A DNA stretch of 63,228 nucleotides, the filler included, from Octopus bimaculoides (lineage: Eukaryota): NCBI RefSeq assembly GCF_001194135.2. It is 7 parts of 7 records of this genome, joined end to end, with 100 filler letters (N's around TTAATTAATTAA, not from the genome) between each part and the next. Parts side by side here need not be neighbours in the genome. Positions count along the whole stretch, not along the records: positions 33,412 to 63,228 come from NC_068998.1; 6 more parts are not named here. The stretch is one strand, 5' to 3'. Position 1 is the stretch's first letter. Each line of letters begins with the position of its first letter. Below are positions 47,083 to 60,235 of this stretch, in pieces. The position numbers were made by a program, and so were the translations under genes. Below the pieces are notes generated by a model. The model was not told the DNA's origin. It did no database searches and saw only the letters and a program-made list of their open reading frames with translations.

Positions 47083-50000
47083 GTGAGTCCAAGTTTTTCT
47101 TATTTAAATCATATATATATATATATATTATAAGCACAAGGCCTGAATACTGTAAACTGAATTATATTTATATCCAGTTTATAGTATGCATGTATGTGTG
47201 TGTATATATATAATCAATATATTTTGGGTTAACCCACGGCTGAGAGGTGAATAGATTGTTTGCACTTTGGGGCAAAGTGAAACGATCTAATTACAAAGAA
47301 TGATACAAAACATTAGAGACACTCAACCAAGTGTTCTCTGCATATTTAACGTTTTACCAGAACCAATCACCAAATTATGAGATCGTTTTAACACACGGGG
47401 TCTCATAGTGGATTATGATTTGGCCTGCATCGGATTTCATTCCGAAATCTCTTGTTTATTTTTGTAATATTGAAAGAACGACGGATTTACAGAATCTGTT
47501 TAGCGTGCAGAAGGGGAATATATTATGGTTTTTAGCTACGGCCCTTTATGTTCTGAGTTCAAATCTTGACTGAGTCGACTTTGATTCTCATTCCTCCAGA
47601 TTTTCTTACATAAATAATATAAATATATAGAGGCAGGCTGTAGTCACTTAGCAACCACTCGGTGTCGGGTTCAGTCCCATGTCGTGGCACCTTGGGAAAG
47701 TTCTACGGACCAATGCCTAGTGAGTGAATTTGGTAGACGGAAACTGTGTGGAAGCATGTCATATACATCTATGAGTATGTGCCTTTGTGTTTGTTCCACA
47801 TTGACTCCTCTACAAAACTGCACACCTCTAATGCCCCCCCCCCTCGCTACTTCAATATGTGCAGTAAAGTGTTTGCTTTGTTGAGGAGGTCTAATAACAA
47901 TGGAATATATACGGAGTTTTCTCCCATAATTGCAAAAGTGATTAAAATAACACTGTCTTCTCCTCGTCACAGAATTATTTCTAATTAGCTTTTTGATGCT
48001 AAACTGATAAAATATGTTGACTCCAATTTCCAAATAAGCATCAGCCAAATTACTAACGCTGATTACATCGACAAAACACGTTCATTCAGATTTGTAGAGT
48101 TGTAGCAAAGTTGGAAATCATTATTACATAAGAATGAAACTGCTGACCATTGAAGAAAAGCATTTGGAAGGAATCGGTTTGAGGTTTTGATAAGTTCGGC
48201 TTATCATATTTAATAGGCTGAGTATTATTTTATATTTTTTACTTCTTTCAGTGATTAGGCTGTAGTGATTGAAGATAAATGTCCAACTGTACTCCTTCTT
48301 GTTGACTCCAATTTTTTTCAATTATATATGTACGTATGTATGTATTTATATGTAAAAGCACGCATACAAATTTCCTTAAATTCTACCCAATTCTTTTAGG
48401 TGATATTGGATAAAACAGATGAGATGATTATGAGTGGAATACTTTTGTTTGGAGTTCTGCTCAATGTGAGCCTGCCTGGGGCTAAACACTATTTACTAGT
48501 TGATAGAATTAATGACAAATCCACAGTTCTATCTATTTCTTCATGGTTTTATTCAAGCTGTAGATTCTTTTATTGAATTTGTATTTGAAGGAAGCAAGTC
48601 AAGTGATTTAAATATTTCATCCACTGCCGCCATTACTTTATTTGGTGTGAATCGTTATGGCCTGGCTTGTCACTTCAGTTAAGTTTACGGTGGTGGAAAT
48701 ATGACAGCTCTGATGACTGTTTCCAACGACACTTTACAAATAAAAGATACTAAAATGTTTTGTGGTGAAGTGGGAAGGTTGTGTAAATATATTGTGTTGC
48801 CAAAATATAACGTTATATAAGAAGGACCACATGACCTCTCATCTCAACCAAAATTTAAGTAAACACCATCAACAAGTTATGAATCTTATAAAGAACTGAC
48901 AGAGAAAAATATGTTTTATTTATAAATTTTGCTTCCTTTTTCAATCTTTTTCTTCTTCTTGTCACTCATATTCGTCACATATGATAATTTTCTTAACCTT
49001 TCGATTCTAACTCAACATTTGTTTATCATGTTGGAAGTTGTTTCACTGAAATCAAACTGATGTTTACCAGTCAATTTCAAACTTCTCCGATAATTCTTTC
49101 GACGATAGATATATCTGTTTGTCACACAATCAATCCAGTTATTCATCTGATCTATCCTAAGACTTTTTCATCATCAGAGGTATTTAGATCTATTGATGTA
49201 TTGACTTATAGATGAAACCAGTGGGAGAAACAGTATTAATGAAAAGGCCTTTCTTCGCACCATCAATGCTGTACCTTTTTAGTTCCAGTGGTGAACTACA
49301 AGTTCAAAAGAACCTGTGAAGTGCATCTGTGCCTACGATAATATTAAATTAAAGAGTCGCATCTGTGCCGACTCTTTGATTTTACAGATTCTTAGATTAT
49401 ATAACTTAGATTAAATTATCACAATTGACAGTTTGTAAAGCTTACAATAATAAAATATTAAGAAGAAGGAACAAAAGCTTCTGAAAGTTGTTGACAGAGT
49501 GAAACATTCAACCAAGATCATGCTAATTCTCTTCATTTCACTTGATCAGAAAAGCTGTTAAATTTGGTGAGAGAAAAGCCCAGCCTTCATGACTTCAAGA
49601 TGAATGTGTATACATATATAGTAGATGTATGTTCAAAGTATAATCGCTCTTATGTCTATATTGTAGTGAAGTCACATGACTCAGTGGTTAGAGCGTCAGG
49701 CTCACCATCACGAGGATCAAGTTGTGTTGTGTTCTTGAGCAAGACACTTTATTTCACGTTACTCCAGTTCACTCAGTCATTACTGTCTGAGGCATCTCTT
49801 TTACTTTCGTGGCAGGTAACTACAATGCTGCTAGACCAGTTGGGGGATATGATACCTTCTTGTTCAACTTGATTAATTATGCAGGTAACTAGGCTGTATC
49901 CCATTCTGCCAGATATTTTAAGCATCTCAGTGGTAACTCCTGACAGACCAGGGACTTCCTCTCTCTCTCCATATCCTTAATTGTTTTATGATGCCAGTTT

Positions 50001-50339
50001 GGATGGTTGGTCCCTTTGTCAGGTCCACATTAGGAAAACTTGCTTTCTCCCATGCATTCTCCACATTTAGTAACCTTTCATAAAAGCCCTTCTGAGCCTT
50101 TTTGTTTCAGAACCACAAAGTACACTCTTCTCTCCTTCAATATCAGGATTTTCCCTCTAAATTAATATTAAAAGATGAACCAAGTGTAACCAGAGGCAAG
50201 AAAAAAAAAAAAACTACAGGATTTTGCTGAAACTTTAAGATGACTGGGAGGGTTTGGAAGGCATTGATTAAAGTTTATGATGTATTTCTAGTAAAATCTG
50301 AGTAGTGACCTTCTAAGAATTCAAAGACACAATAATAAA

Positions 50340-51700
50340 ACCTTATTATTCGGCCAAGTTTACCATTGAACTGATCAGAATGTATCACAGTTCTTTTCCC
50401 ATTTCAGAAAACAAATTCCACAGCAACTGCAATCAGAGTTATTTTGTTTGCGCCTCCTTTTTTTGTTATGAATGAATAGGCAGAGGATTTAATCTTGCTT
50501 GTGTCATTCTTGACCAAAGACATATTTTTCAATCATTTTGTTCGAGAAAGTGTTTATTCAGCCATACCAAATGTTACCAACAAAACTTGGCAAATTTTGC
50601 AAATTTCTATTATTTGGTGTTTGCCATTGGCTGTTCATCCATTCAGATGGTCTTAAATGTTTGCCAAATAATAAACCTTTGTCCATTCATTCACAAAAAT
50701 TTTACTGTTTGACATGACTTTGATAAATTGTCTACGTGTGAGTAGAACTGTGGCCAAAGAAGAAACTAAATATTTCCATTTGAACCTAACACCAGATATC
50801 AGCATTCAATTGGAGCTCTACACAGTCTTGACAACAAACAGGACTGAATAATTATCAAGAAATCATCAAAAGTAAGCAATGGGTACACTTCCCATCTTAA
50901 TTAAAATAGCACCAGGTATTAATTTACTTCCAGACACTTCAACACCTTTTCAACTCATTAAGTGGATTCCCTGTATTTGGTAAATAATTGAGCAACAGTC
51001 TCTTTGCTGTCTTAACATGTCACATGGTATCTGACTTTGGAGACTCAGGTTTAAAGAATCTGTTTGACAGTGTTTTGCTAAATCTTTAGCTTTGAAGTGC
51101 TTCCAAATGCTTGACCATTCAAGAGTTTTTCCTCAAAACATGATGCTTGCTCATATTGAAGCATAATCCTCTGTTTCTACAGCCGTATGAATGTAGCTGC
51201 AGTTTTGTGAGTGCATCTATGATAATGGTAAAGATTTTATGTCTGCCAAACAATAAACAAACCAAAAATTCTCCATTGGCCACAAAATATTTGTTGATTC
51301 AATGAATACATAATTTGATTTTTTTAGTTGGAGGCTTTGATAGCATTCATCAGCAATAACTGAAAAGGTTAAGTGTCTGTTTCAGACAAAAAAAGCTTAG
51401 AACAAGATTAGCCATTATAGAACTGAATTCATTTTGTATATCATAGCTCAGGTATCTATATCCAGCTTTGAATAGACTGTACATGGGTGATTGGATGCTG
51501 GCAATTTGGCATGGCTGACTGGACATTGAGCCTATTTTGGTGATGGCTTGTTTGGTGACAGTACTTTCTGGCACCCGAGGCAAACACATGCCACACCCAC
51601 ACATGCAGCAATAATGAACAAGAAGCATTTGCATTTAACAATTTTGGTCGAAGAAAACAATCGCTTTTTTTTTTCTGTTTGTTGTTCACAATTGCAAGCA
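50340..51700 (-). pseudogene. Decayed hAT transposase (ZMYM1/THAP12-like group)
   Basis: In order on the - strand: YLSYDIQNEFSSIMANLVL (about 51400-51455), HCQTDSLNL (about 51045-51085), QMEIFSFFFG..HVDNLSKSCQ (about 50709-50780), GQE..LIAVAVEFV dimerisation region (about 50410-50520). Many stops. Confidence 0.8.
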
Positions 51701-54700
51701 TATTTATTGCTTGCTATTGTGAAACAATGTTTAATAATCTTACCGATGACTGTTTTTTGAAATAAAACACATTTTCTCAGTAAATATTCAATATTTTAAA
51801 TACAATATATTAAGTTGACAAATTAGAAATTTTAACCTGTTCAGACCTGTGATAGGATAGATGAACACTTACGTATCTAATCTTAAAATGTTTTTAGAGC
51901 AGACAGCTGGAGAACACAATGCGTCTGTGTGTGTGTGTGGCAAGACTGCACCTAACTGTGGCATTCTCTCTTCACTTGATTCCTGATTGAAACAATTAAT
52001 TCATTTAATGTTATAGACATGTCGAAGAATGGAACCATCTGGAATTAAGATTGAAGAGATGTTGTCATTCACTTGCAGACTGATATTGCATGAAGACTTA
52101 TGCCGGTTACTTTGGGATTGGTAAATTTCCAGAGTTTAAACTGTGACCTCTCTCTATATTTTGGCACAGGAATATGTTTAATATTATCCAGGCATGGCTG
52201 TGTGGTTAACAAGCTCACTTTGCTACCATGCGGTTTTGGGTTCAGTCTCACAATACGGCACCTTGAGCAAGTGTCTTCTACTGTTGCCCTGGACACATCA
52301 TCACTGCCATCATCATCATCATCATCATTGAATGTTGTACCTAATATATTTATATAGCTATGTATATATGTATAGCTATCTATATATGTGTATATATATA
52401 TCTCTTTTACTCTTTTCAGTCATTTGACTGTAGCCATGCTGGAGCACCGCCTTTAGTCGAGCAAATCGACCCCAGGACTTATTCTTTGTAAGCCTAGTAC
52501 TTATTCTATCGGTCTCTTTTGCTGAACTGCTAAGTTACGGGGGACGTTAACACACCACCATCGATTGTCAACCGATGTTTTGGGAGGAGGGGTTAGGGTA
52601 TTTTATTACAACAAATAGGAGTGTGATCAGGGAGAGAGAGAGACAGAGACAGACAGACAGATAAGAGGGCAGAGAGGAAGGAGATGAAGGAGTGAGAGAG
52701 AGAGGTGGGGGTTATGGGCTGAAGTGCAATTTCCTTACTCTTGTAGCCAGCCAGTGTCACTCAGCTGCATTTCTCAACTAGCAAACCCGTTCTTAGCTGT
52801 GCCATCTTGCCTTCCCCTAAGCCACAGACCACACCACCGATTCCTTGGTATCAAATTTCAGGCAGGTGATGAAGTTGTCTTCCACCACCACCACCACCAC
52901 CACCATCGCCGCCACCACCACCACCATCACCACCACCACCATTGCTGTTAAATGGAAAAGTCTTCACTCATTTTTTAGTTTTAGGTAGGGTTTTTTTTTG
53001 TATTTTCCAATATTTTGGGAAGTTAAAGAAGAAAGGAATACTTACATATGTATAGACACACACACACACAGTGGCACACTTACAAGCACAGATGCATACA
53101 AAATCATACATATGCTTCATACACACAGACAGACATACACACATACATTATATATATATATATGTGTGTGTGTGTGTATATATATATGTATGTATATATA
53201 CATACACATATATATACATGTATATACACACATATGTATACATATATATATGTGTGTGTGTATCTATATATATATATATACAACACACACACAAATATAA
53301 ACATGCACCCACAGACACACACAATGCTCACATGCATAAATACATGCTTATATTTGCACACACACACACTCATACATATATGTATACTCGTACATACAGA
53401 CATAAAATCACACACACACATATTATACAAAAATATAAGACACACGCACACACACACACTCATACAAACATGCATATACACACGTACACAAATACATACA
53501 CCATGCTCACATAAACATGCTATTACATGTGCACTTGCACACACACACACACACTCTCTCACACACACACAAACACTCCCATAGACATCCATACATACAC
53601 ACCCAGACCCGACTAAACAAATGTCAGCCATAAATAAGAGCAAATCCTGGTTAAATGGCTGTTTGGAATTGAAATGTCTCTAAAAGAAATAAATAAATAA
53701 AGCAATAAATTCCTGATGTCTTCATAAAAACAGGGGCCTGACTGTTTATATTTAGTCAGGTAACAGGAGTGAGGGTCATGGAAGGAGCTAAGTAAGAAGC
53801 TGTTTTATTACATATAAGGTAGAAAGTGAAGAAGGGTTTGCGGGAAGGAAATGTTTTTACAGCAGAAAAGAAGAAACTTGGTATTAGTTCTTGGGGCCTG
53901 GCAGTTGGTGTCTCTTATTTGCATCGTTATCAACCNNNNNNNNNNACCACCATCATCATCATTGTTGCCACCACCACTGTCATCATCGTTTTGACAATCT
54001 CCTTTCTCCATGCTGCTATGGTAAGGAAAAGAGTCCTCCATACAACATCCTACAGCTGGATGCCTTTCCTGGTGCCAACCATTATTAGTTTTCTCTTTTT
54101 TCTTCCTTGTGAGGAACTTCATTTAATGAGTCTCCAGAAGTCAAACAACTGGAAAATGGAATAAATTATTTAGGTGGGACATCAGAATAAAATGTCAGTG
54201 CAGTATAAACAGTGCCATTGCAAACACACACACACGTATACATATATGTGAACCTACAGCTTGACAACTAGTGTTGGTTCATTTTTATGTCCCCATAACA
54301 TTCGGGTTTAGCAAAAGAGACCAAAAGAGTAAGTACAAGGCTTAAAAATTAAGTATTAGGTTTGAGCTATTCTACCAAAACCCTTTGTGGCAGTGCTCCA
54401 GCATGGCCACAGTCCTGTGACTGTCTCTGACACAAACACCATTGGATAAAAAGCTGATGTTGCAGAAAAAAATGTCACTCAGCTACTTGATAAACCAAGA
54501 TCAATAAAAAAAGAAAACTGAAAGAAGTACTTAGGTTGAATAACATGTTGAGTACAGTGCTGCAGCCTGACCGCAGTCTAATGATTAAAGAATGAAATAT
54601 ATAATGTTAGTACGAATCATTAACCCAATACTTCAATGGAGACATTCATAGTGGTATGTTACATTTGAACGGTGTAATGTCACAAGGAAATTATAGAATA

Positions 54701-55147
54701 CATTTAATTAATTAAGATCTCATAATTAAGATCTTATGCAATAAAACATCTTTAATGAAAGTATAATATTATTATAAATTTTTTGATGTTTTAACTAAAA
54801 GTATTTCACGATCAAAGAGTGCTATAACGAGGGAGCATGAGGTGATTTAGAATTTGTTAATCAAAATATTCTTCTAATTTGTTAAAATTTTCTTTTCTTT
54901 TGTATTTCCCTTCTCCAATCAATCTCTCATGCTCGTTTATTCTATTTTGGCTAATTTCTATTTCTGTATTTTGTTGGAACAATTGCTTTTCTCAACTGGA
55001 TCTCTTTGCAAACCACTAAACACTCAACAGTGGATTAAGAGTGGAACAGCACCAAAATCTCCTCTCAGACCCCAAAACTGGCTGCTGTCAGTTGGCAGAG
55101 TTTATTTCAGTTTAACCTTCTCCACACATTTCTCTGTTATCTTTTTT

Positions 55148-55461
55148 CTTTTGAGATTACTGGTACCTGTGGTCACTGTTTCTAACGACAACAAGAACGA
55201 AGAAGATTTAGTTGGGGTTTCTCAGCTGTAAACTCTTGGTGGAGGAGTTTGTATGAAACTAAAGTCAATGAAATTATTCCCCAATAGTCAAAATCATTCT
55301 CTGAAATAAAATACCAGTTGACTACTGGGGATCAATTTCATTGACTTTAGTGTCTTACAAACTCCTCCACCAAGAGTTTACAGCTGAGAAACCCCAACTA
55401 AATCTTCCTCGTTCTTGTGGTCGTTAGGAACAGTGACCACAGGTACCAGTAATGTCAAAAG
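55148..55461. repeat. Long near-perfect inverted repeat: 144-bp arms, 26-nt loop
   Basis: 55148-55291 versus the reverse complement of 55318-55461: 135/144 identical, no gaps. Confidence 0.97.
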
Positions 55462-55549
55462 GTCTTATGTAAACCAAGTGAAGATGATAAAGAATATCGA
55501 GTTCTTTTTTTCTTTTGTGTTCTTTCAGACACATCCTGGAATTTTCAGT

Positions 55550-55665
55550 ATGCCTCTTCCTCCTCCTGCTCCAGCTCGTAAAAAAATTAATTCTGCCTCA
55601 AAGACGTCAGGAACTAAAAGCAAAAACGACACCAATGATTTGATTGACAAAGAAAAACTGTATCA
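55550..55665 (+). CDS. TEX9: TEX9 (testis-expressed protein 9) first coding exon
   Basis: Acceptor TCTTTCAG|55529, ATG at 55550, MPLPPPAPARKKINSASKTSGTKSKNDTNDLIDKEKLY, donor CA|GTGAGT (phase 2). Confidence 0.8.
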
Positions 55666-56971
55666 GTGAGTCGATTCTTTCAGCCATCCCGATTTATTTT
55701 AGGTTTTGTCTTTTCTCTCTATCTCAGTCATAAGACTGTGGCCATACTGGGGCACCACCTTGAAGAATTTTCAGTCGAATGAATCGACCCCAGGACTTAC
55801 GTTTTAAGCCTGGTACTTATTTTATCAGTCTCTTTTTCTGAACAGCTAAGTTATGGGGATGAAAACACACCAACACTGGTTGTCAAATGGTGATGGTGGT
55901 GGGAGAATAAACACAGACACAAACACACACACACATACATTCAATAAGCTTCTTTCAGTTTCCATCTATTGAATCCACTCACAAGGCTTTGGTTGGCCTG
56001 AGGCTAAAGTAGAAGATACTAAGATGCCATGCAGTGTGACCGAACCCAGAACCATGTAGTTGGGGAAGCAAGCTTCTTCCCACACAGCCGTGCCAGTCCC
56101 TTCGGTGGATTGAAACTAAACATCCATGAGCAAACGGTACAAACACCTTCTCTCTTCTGTCAATTCAGTTCTCACTTGTAATCGTTATATTTTTGATTAT
56201 GTAAGACGGTGTACATTTTGCAAATTAATTAGTTTCTACGTATGAAAACATTTAATGTTTCTGTGAAGTAATTTTGAGATGAAAACCTTCAAGTTATGAA
56301 TAATATCAAGTTCATAATTTCTAACCTCTGGATTCTTTGTTCACATTTGACTGAGGCAAAGAACAACCAACACGGTCACAAAGCTCTAATGAAGAAACTG
56401 TAAACAATTTGGAGATAGAATTCTGTCATTTCTTACTAAAGGAGATACAAACTTCACAAAGACTGACAAATAATTATGGAGATATGAATGGGCCAATGGC
56501 TACAGAAGCCAGCTGTAGAGCTGCTACGTGGTCATTTGATGTACATGAAATAGCAGCCAAATAGCAGGAGATTCCAGAGAGATGGTGTGGTAGGTAAGAA
56601 GGATTGTGTATTGTGATTATTTCAGGTGTTAACTTAGTGGTTCAGGAAAAGAAACAGATAGAATAAGCACGAGGCTTAAAAAAATAAGAAAATAAGGGCT
56701 GGTCTCAATTGATTCAACTAAAAATTTTTCAAGGCACTGTTCTAGCATGGCCACAGTCTAATGACTTAAACAACTAAAAGAAAGATAAAATATATATATA
56801 TATATATATACATACATATATATATATTTCTTCTGTAATCTAACAGTGGTATTTCTTTGTTTTAACCTCATTAGCTAACGAATAGAAACTTCCAAGGTAT
56901 TTTCATACGTGTGTTGTTGCCAGGTCTGTGGCAGAAGCAAATCCGTAAACTCAGTCTTTCACTGAAACTTC

Positions 56972-57009
<38 letters not shown>

Positions 57010-57988
57010 TTGAAACTTCAGAGTTATGTTTGTCTGGCAGATGATTCGGTCAGGGACCAGATGTTGAAACAGAAGCAATTACATTATGGAGAAGAGACAC
57101 TTTAAAACCATCTAAAATCACACAAAAACTGTTAAATTCACTTTTCATTTATTTCTTCGAGTGTCAAAATTTCCATCACACTTCAGTGAACGAGCGACCA
57201 GATTGGGGAGAGCAGGCAGGGANNNNNNNNNNGGGAGGAATATTTTGAGACACATAGATGCAGGCATGGCTTTTTGATTAAGAAGTCTGCTTCCCAACCA
57301 CATGGTTTCAGGTTCAGTCCTACTGCATGGCACCTTGGGCAAGTAAGTCTCTTCTACTAAAGTTCCAGGTTGACCAAAGCTTTGTCAATGAATTTAGTAG
57401 ATGGAAAACTGAAGGGAACCTGTCATATATGCATAATACATGACTGTTGTGTATGTTTGTGTCTCCTTGTCTTGACATTATGTGATAGTTGTAAAAGAGT
57501 GTCACTGTTATACAAGCAGTGTTGTTCATTTCCAATATTCTGTGAGAAAATGCCTGGCAACGGGGAAATATCACCTGGCTTGAAAGCTGGAGGTCACTGC
57601 TGGTGACAGAAATGGCATCTTGCCATAGAAAATCTGTTTCAACAAACTTTGACTGATGCAAGCATGGAAAAGGGCATTAAAATGATGACAGCGATGGTGA
57701 TTGCTAAAATGGCTCTTCCATGCTGTTGTTGCTTTCATAATTCCAGCACTTAACCAATAATGAGGAAGAGGATCATTCTGATCATCTGCGAATGCCATAT
57801 GTTACAATAAGTCAAGTAAAACCCTCACTGGAATCCTATTTACATCTAGTAGTTATTTACTTAAGACCGAAGCAGTTTGTCTGGCATGCTAACGATTCTG
57901 CCAGCTCACCACCCTATATCTGACATGTCTTAAATATTCTGTGACAAATGTGAAATATAGTTTACTGATATTTCATTTTCTTTACCAG

Positions 57989-58052
57989 AGAACTGAATGC
58001 GGAACTTGAAGCTCGAACTGCTTATTTGGTCAGAGAAGCTGAAGGGCTAATA
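57989..58052 (+). CDS. TEX9: TEX9 coding exon 2
   Basis: (Q)ELNAELEARTAYLVREAEGLI resembles human TEX9 [21 protein letters not shown]. CAG| acceptor, |GTAAGT donor. Confidence 0.92.
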
Positions 58053-58299
58053 GTAAGTGATATGTTTACAAATATTCCATGCAAACGCCCGGCCTCCTTA
58101 CAGGAATTCTTGCAAAGAATGGTTAACCAAATGCCAGTTTGCAGGAATGCTACAGTGGAACGTTGTATGGCAGGTGACTAACCTTGCCATGTATAAGATT
58201 TCTAGTATTGAAATGGAACCCTGTCTTTGCAGTCTCACAAGCCCAGCATGGCCACAGTTTCATAAAAGAATAAAAGTTTGGTTTTATGTTTCTTTGCAG

Positions 58300-58409
58300 A
58301 AAGATCAACCCGTTGATGTTTCAGAGAGTAGAGTTGGTTTAATTAATCTGGAATCATCCCACATCACATCCAACTTGCTGGATCATATAAACCCTGAGGA
58401 ATTTCTACA
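58300..58409 (+). CDS. TEX9: TEX9 coding exon 3
   Basis: TTTGCAG| KDQPVDVSESRVGLINLESSHITSNLLDHINPEEFL |GTAAGT, phase 0 to 2. Confidence 0.85.
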
Positions 58410-59017
58410 GTAAGTTCTGTTGTTGTTTAGCCCTGGGTCAACCCGGGTCAAGTTGACTTCTGATCTGAAGTACTTCAGCCACAACCATCCTGTCTCCACC
58501 CATCCCCTATCTCTGACCACCTCTCACTCTCCCCACACACCCTCTTCTCACCCATCCACTCCCTATTCTCCTGTCCTCTCTCTCTCACCTTGAGGGTCCA
58601 CCATCACATCTCATCACCCCTATTTTTGTTTCCTTCTGGCTCCTTCTTGGCCTCTTCATACCCCTCTCATACTTCCCCTCATCTCCTAAAATAAACCTGT
58701 CCCCTTCTCTACTGTGGCCTTACACAGTTGAAAGTGATCCTAGTCTTTGTGAGCTACATGATGACTTCACTAGTGCTAGTATCATGAAAACAGCCCCCAG
58801 TGCACTCTGCAAAGTGGTTGGCGTAAGGAAGGATATCTGGGAACCATGAATCCTGTCACACCATTCAACCCATGCCAGCATGGAATATGGACGTTAAAAG
58901 ATGATGATCATTGTGGTCGTGGTGATGATGATGATGATGATGGCAGCAGCAGTGGTGGGAGAGAGGAGGAGGACGACATGAAAATCTACTTTGTCTTGTG
59001 TATTCATTCTTTTTTAA

Positions 59018-59243
59018 CCCATTAAGTCCCAGAGTACTTAAATTTTTTAATATCACTTTAAAACTTTTACAGACGATTGAAAATAGGTTAAAATGAAAAA
59101 ATGAATAATTATTAAAACTCCTTTACTTTGAGTAGAAATGGAAATACTCGGTTTCCTAAAAATAGGACACTGAGACAATGTGAGATAGCTTATTTAATGT
59201 TCTCATTAAGTGTCCTATTTATAGGACAGTGGGACTTCATGGG
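59018..59243. mobile_element. piggyBac-type MITE in a TEX9 intron
   Basis: TTAA|CCCATTAAGTCCCA ... TGGGACTTCATGGG|TTAA: TIR 13/14 and TTAA TSDs. Confidence 0.88.
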
Positions 59244-59384
59244 TTAAGTTAACAGGATGTGGATCCTGTATAAGTTTTGTTAAGTACTTCCATGCAACCT
59301 GTACATAGAGTTTGCTGATGTCTTTGTTCTATGTTTTAACTTGTCTATATCTAAATATATATATATGATTATATTCAATGGCAG

Positions 59385-59469
59385 AGACTTTGAGGATGAG
59401 GAATTTGTTAAAGATTTTGGTGATGACGCAGGAGATTATGGTGTATCTGCCTCAAAGTCTCATTCAAAG
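59385..59469 (+). CDS. TEX9: TEX9 coding exon 4
   Basis: GCAG| (Q)DFEDEEFVKDFGDDAGDYGVSASKSHSK |GTAAAA, phase 2 to 0. Confidence 0.82.
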
Positions 59470-59943
59470 GTAAAATATGAACTTTGTTCATTGTCTGACA
59501 TTATTTATTTCAGTGTGGGTGGATGAGATACAAAAATAGTTGTCAATATAGGCGTAGGAGTGGCTGTGTGGTTAGTAGCTTGCTTACGAACCACATGGTT
59601 CTGGGTTCAGTCCACTGCGTGGCACCTTGGGCAAGCGTCTTCTACTATAGCCTCAGGCCGACCAAAGCCTTGTGAGTGGATTTGGTAGACGGAAACTGAA
59701 AGAAGCCCTTCGTATATATATATATTTAAGAAAGTCTCTCAGTTAAAGTTGCAGTCTTGAAACTGAAGCTGATCTGCCCCATGATGAACTACAGAGGCTT
59801 TTCTTTGAGGGCATTTACACATGAAAAAAATACAACTGGTTTCTACGTCTATTGAAGATGTTTCTGCCATTCGTTATTTGATTTCTCCATGTTAAACTTT
59901 ATCAGCTCCACTCAATTACTTTCTGTTTCTTCTCATAAACCAG

Positions 59944-60014
59944 ATGAACTCTGCAGCAAAAAGAAGTGTTTCTCCACATCAGCAAAACTCAACAAAACAC
60001 AAAATCTCGTCTGC
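59944..60014 (+). CDS. TEX9: TEX9 coding exon 5
   Basis: CCAG| MNSAAKRSVSPHQQNSTKHKISS |GTAAGG, phase 0 to 2. Confidence 0.82.
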
Positions 60015-60235
60015 GTAAGGAATTTTATTTAATTTTCCTTTTTTTTTTTTCCAATTTCATTTGTCTGGATTCTCTCTTTATTTTTTTATCTTTTAGTCAT
60101 TGGAATGAGGCCATGCTGGGGCACCACTTTGAATAATTTTAGTTAAACAAATCAACCCCAGAGAGAGAGAGAGAGAGAAAGAGAGAGAGCAAAAGGGCTT
60201 TGTCATTCAAGTGATTAAATATATATTTTTTTCAG

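Noticed and set aside
55415-55528. N-terminal extension of TEX9 given by the ORF track
   Set aside because: Runs through the hairpin arm and the polypyrimidine tract of the 55528 acceptor, so it is intronic.
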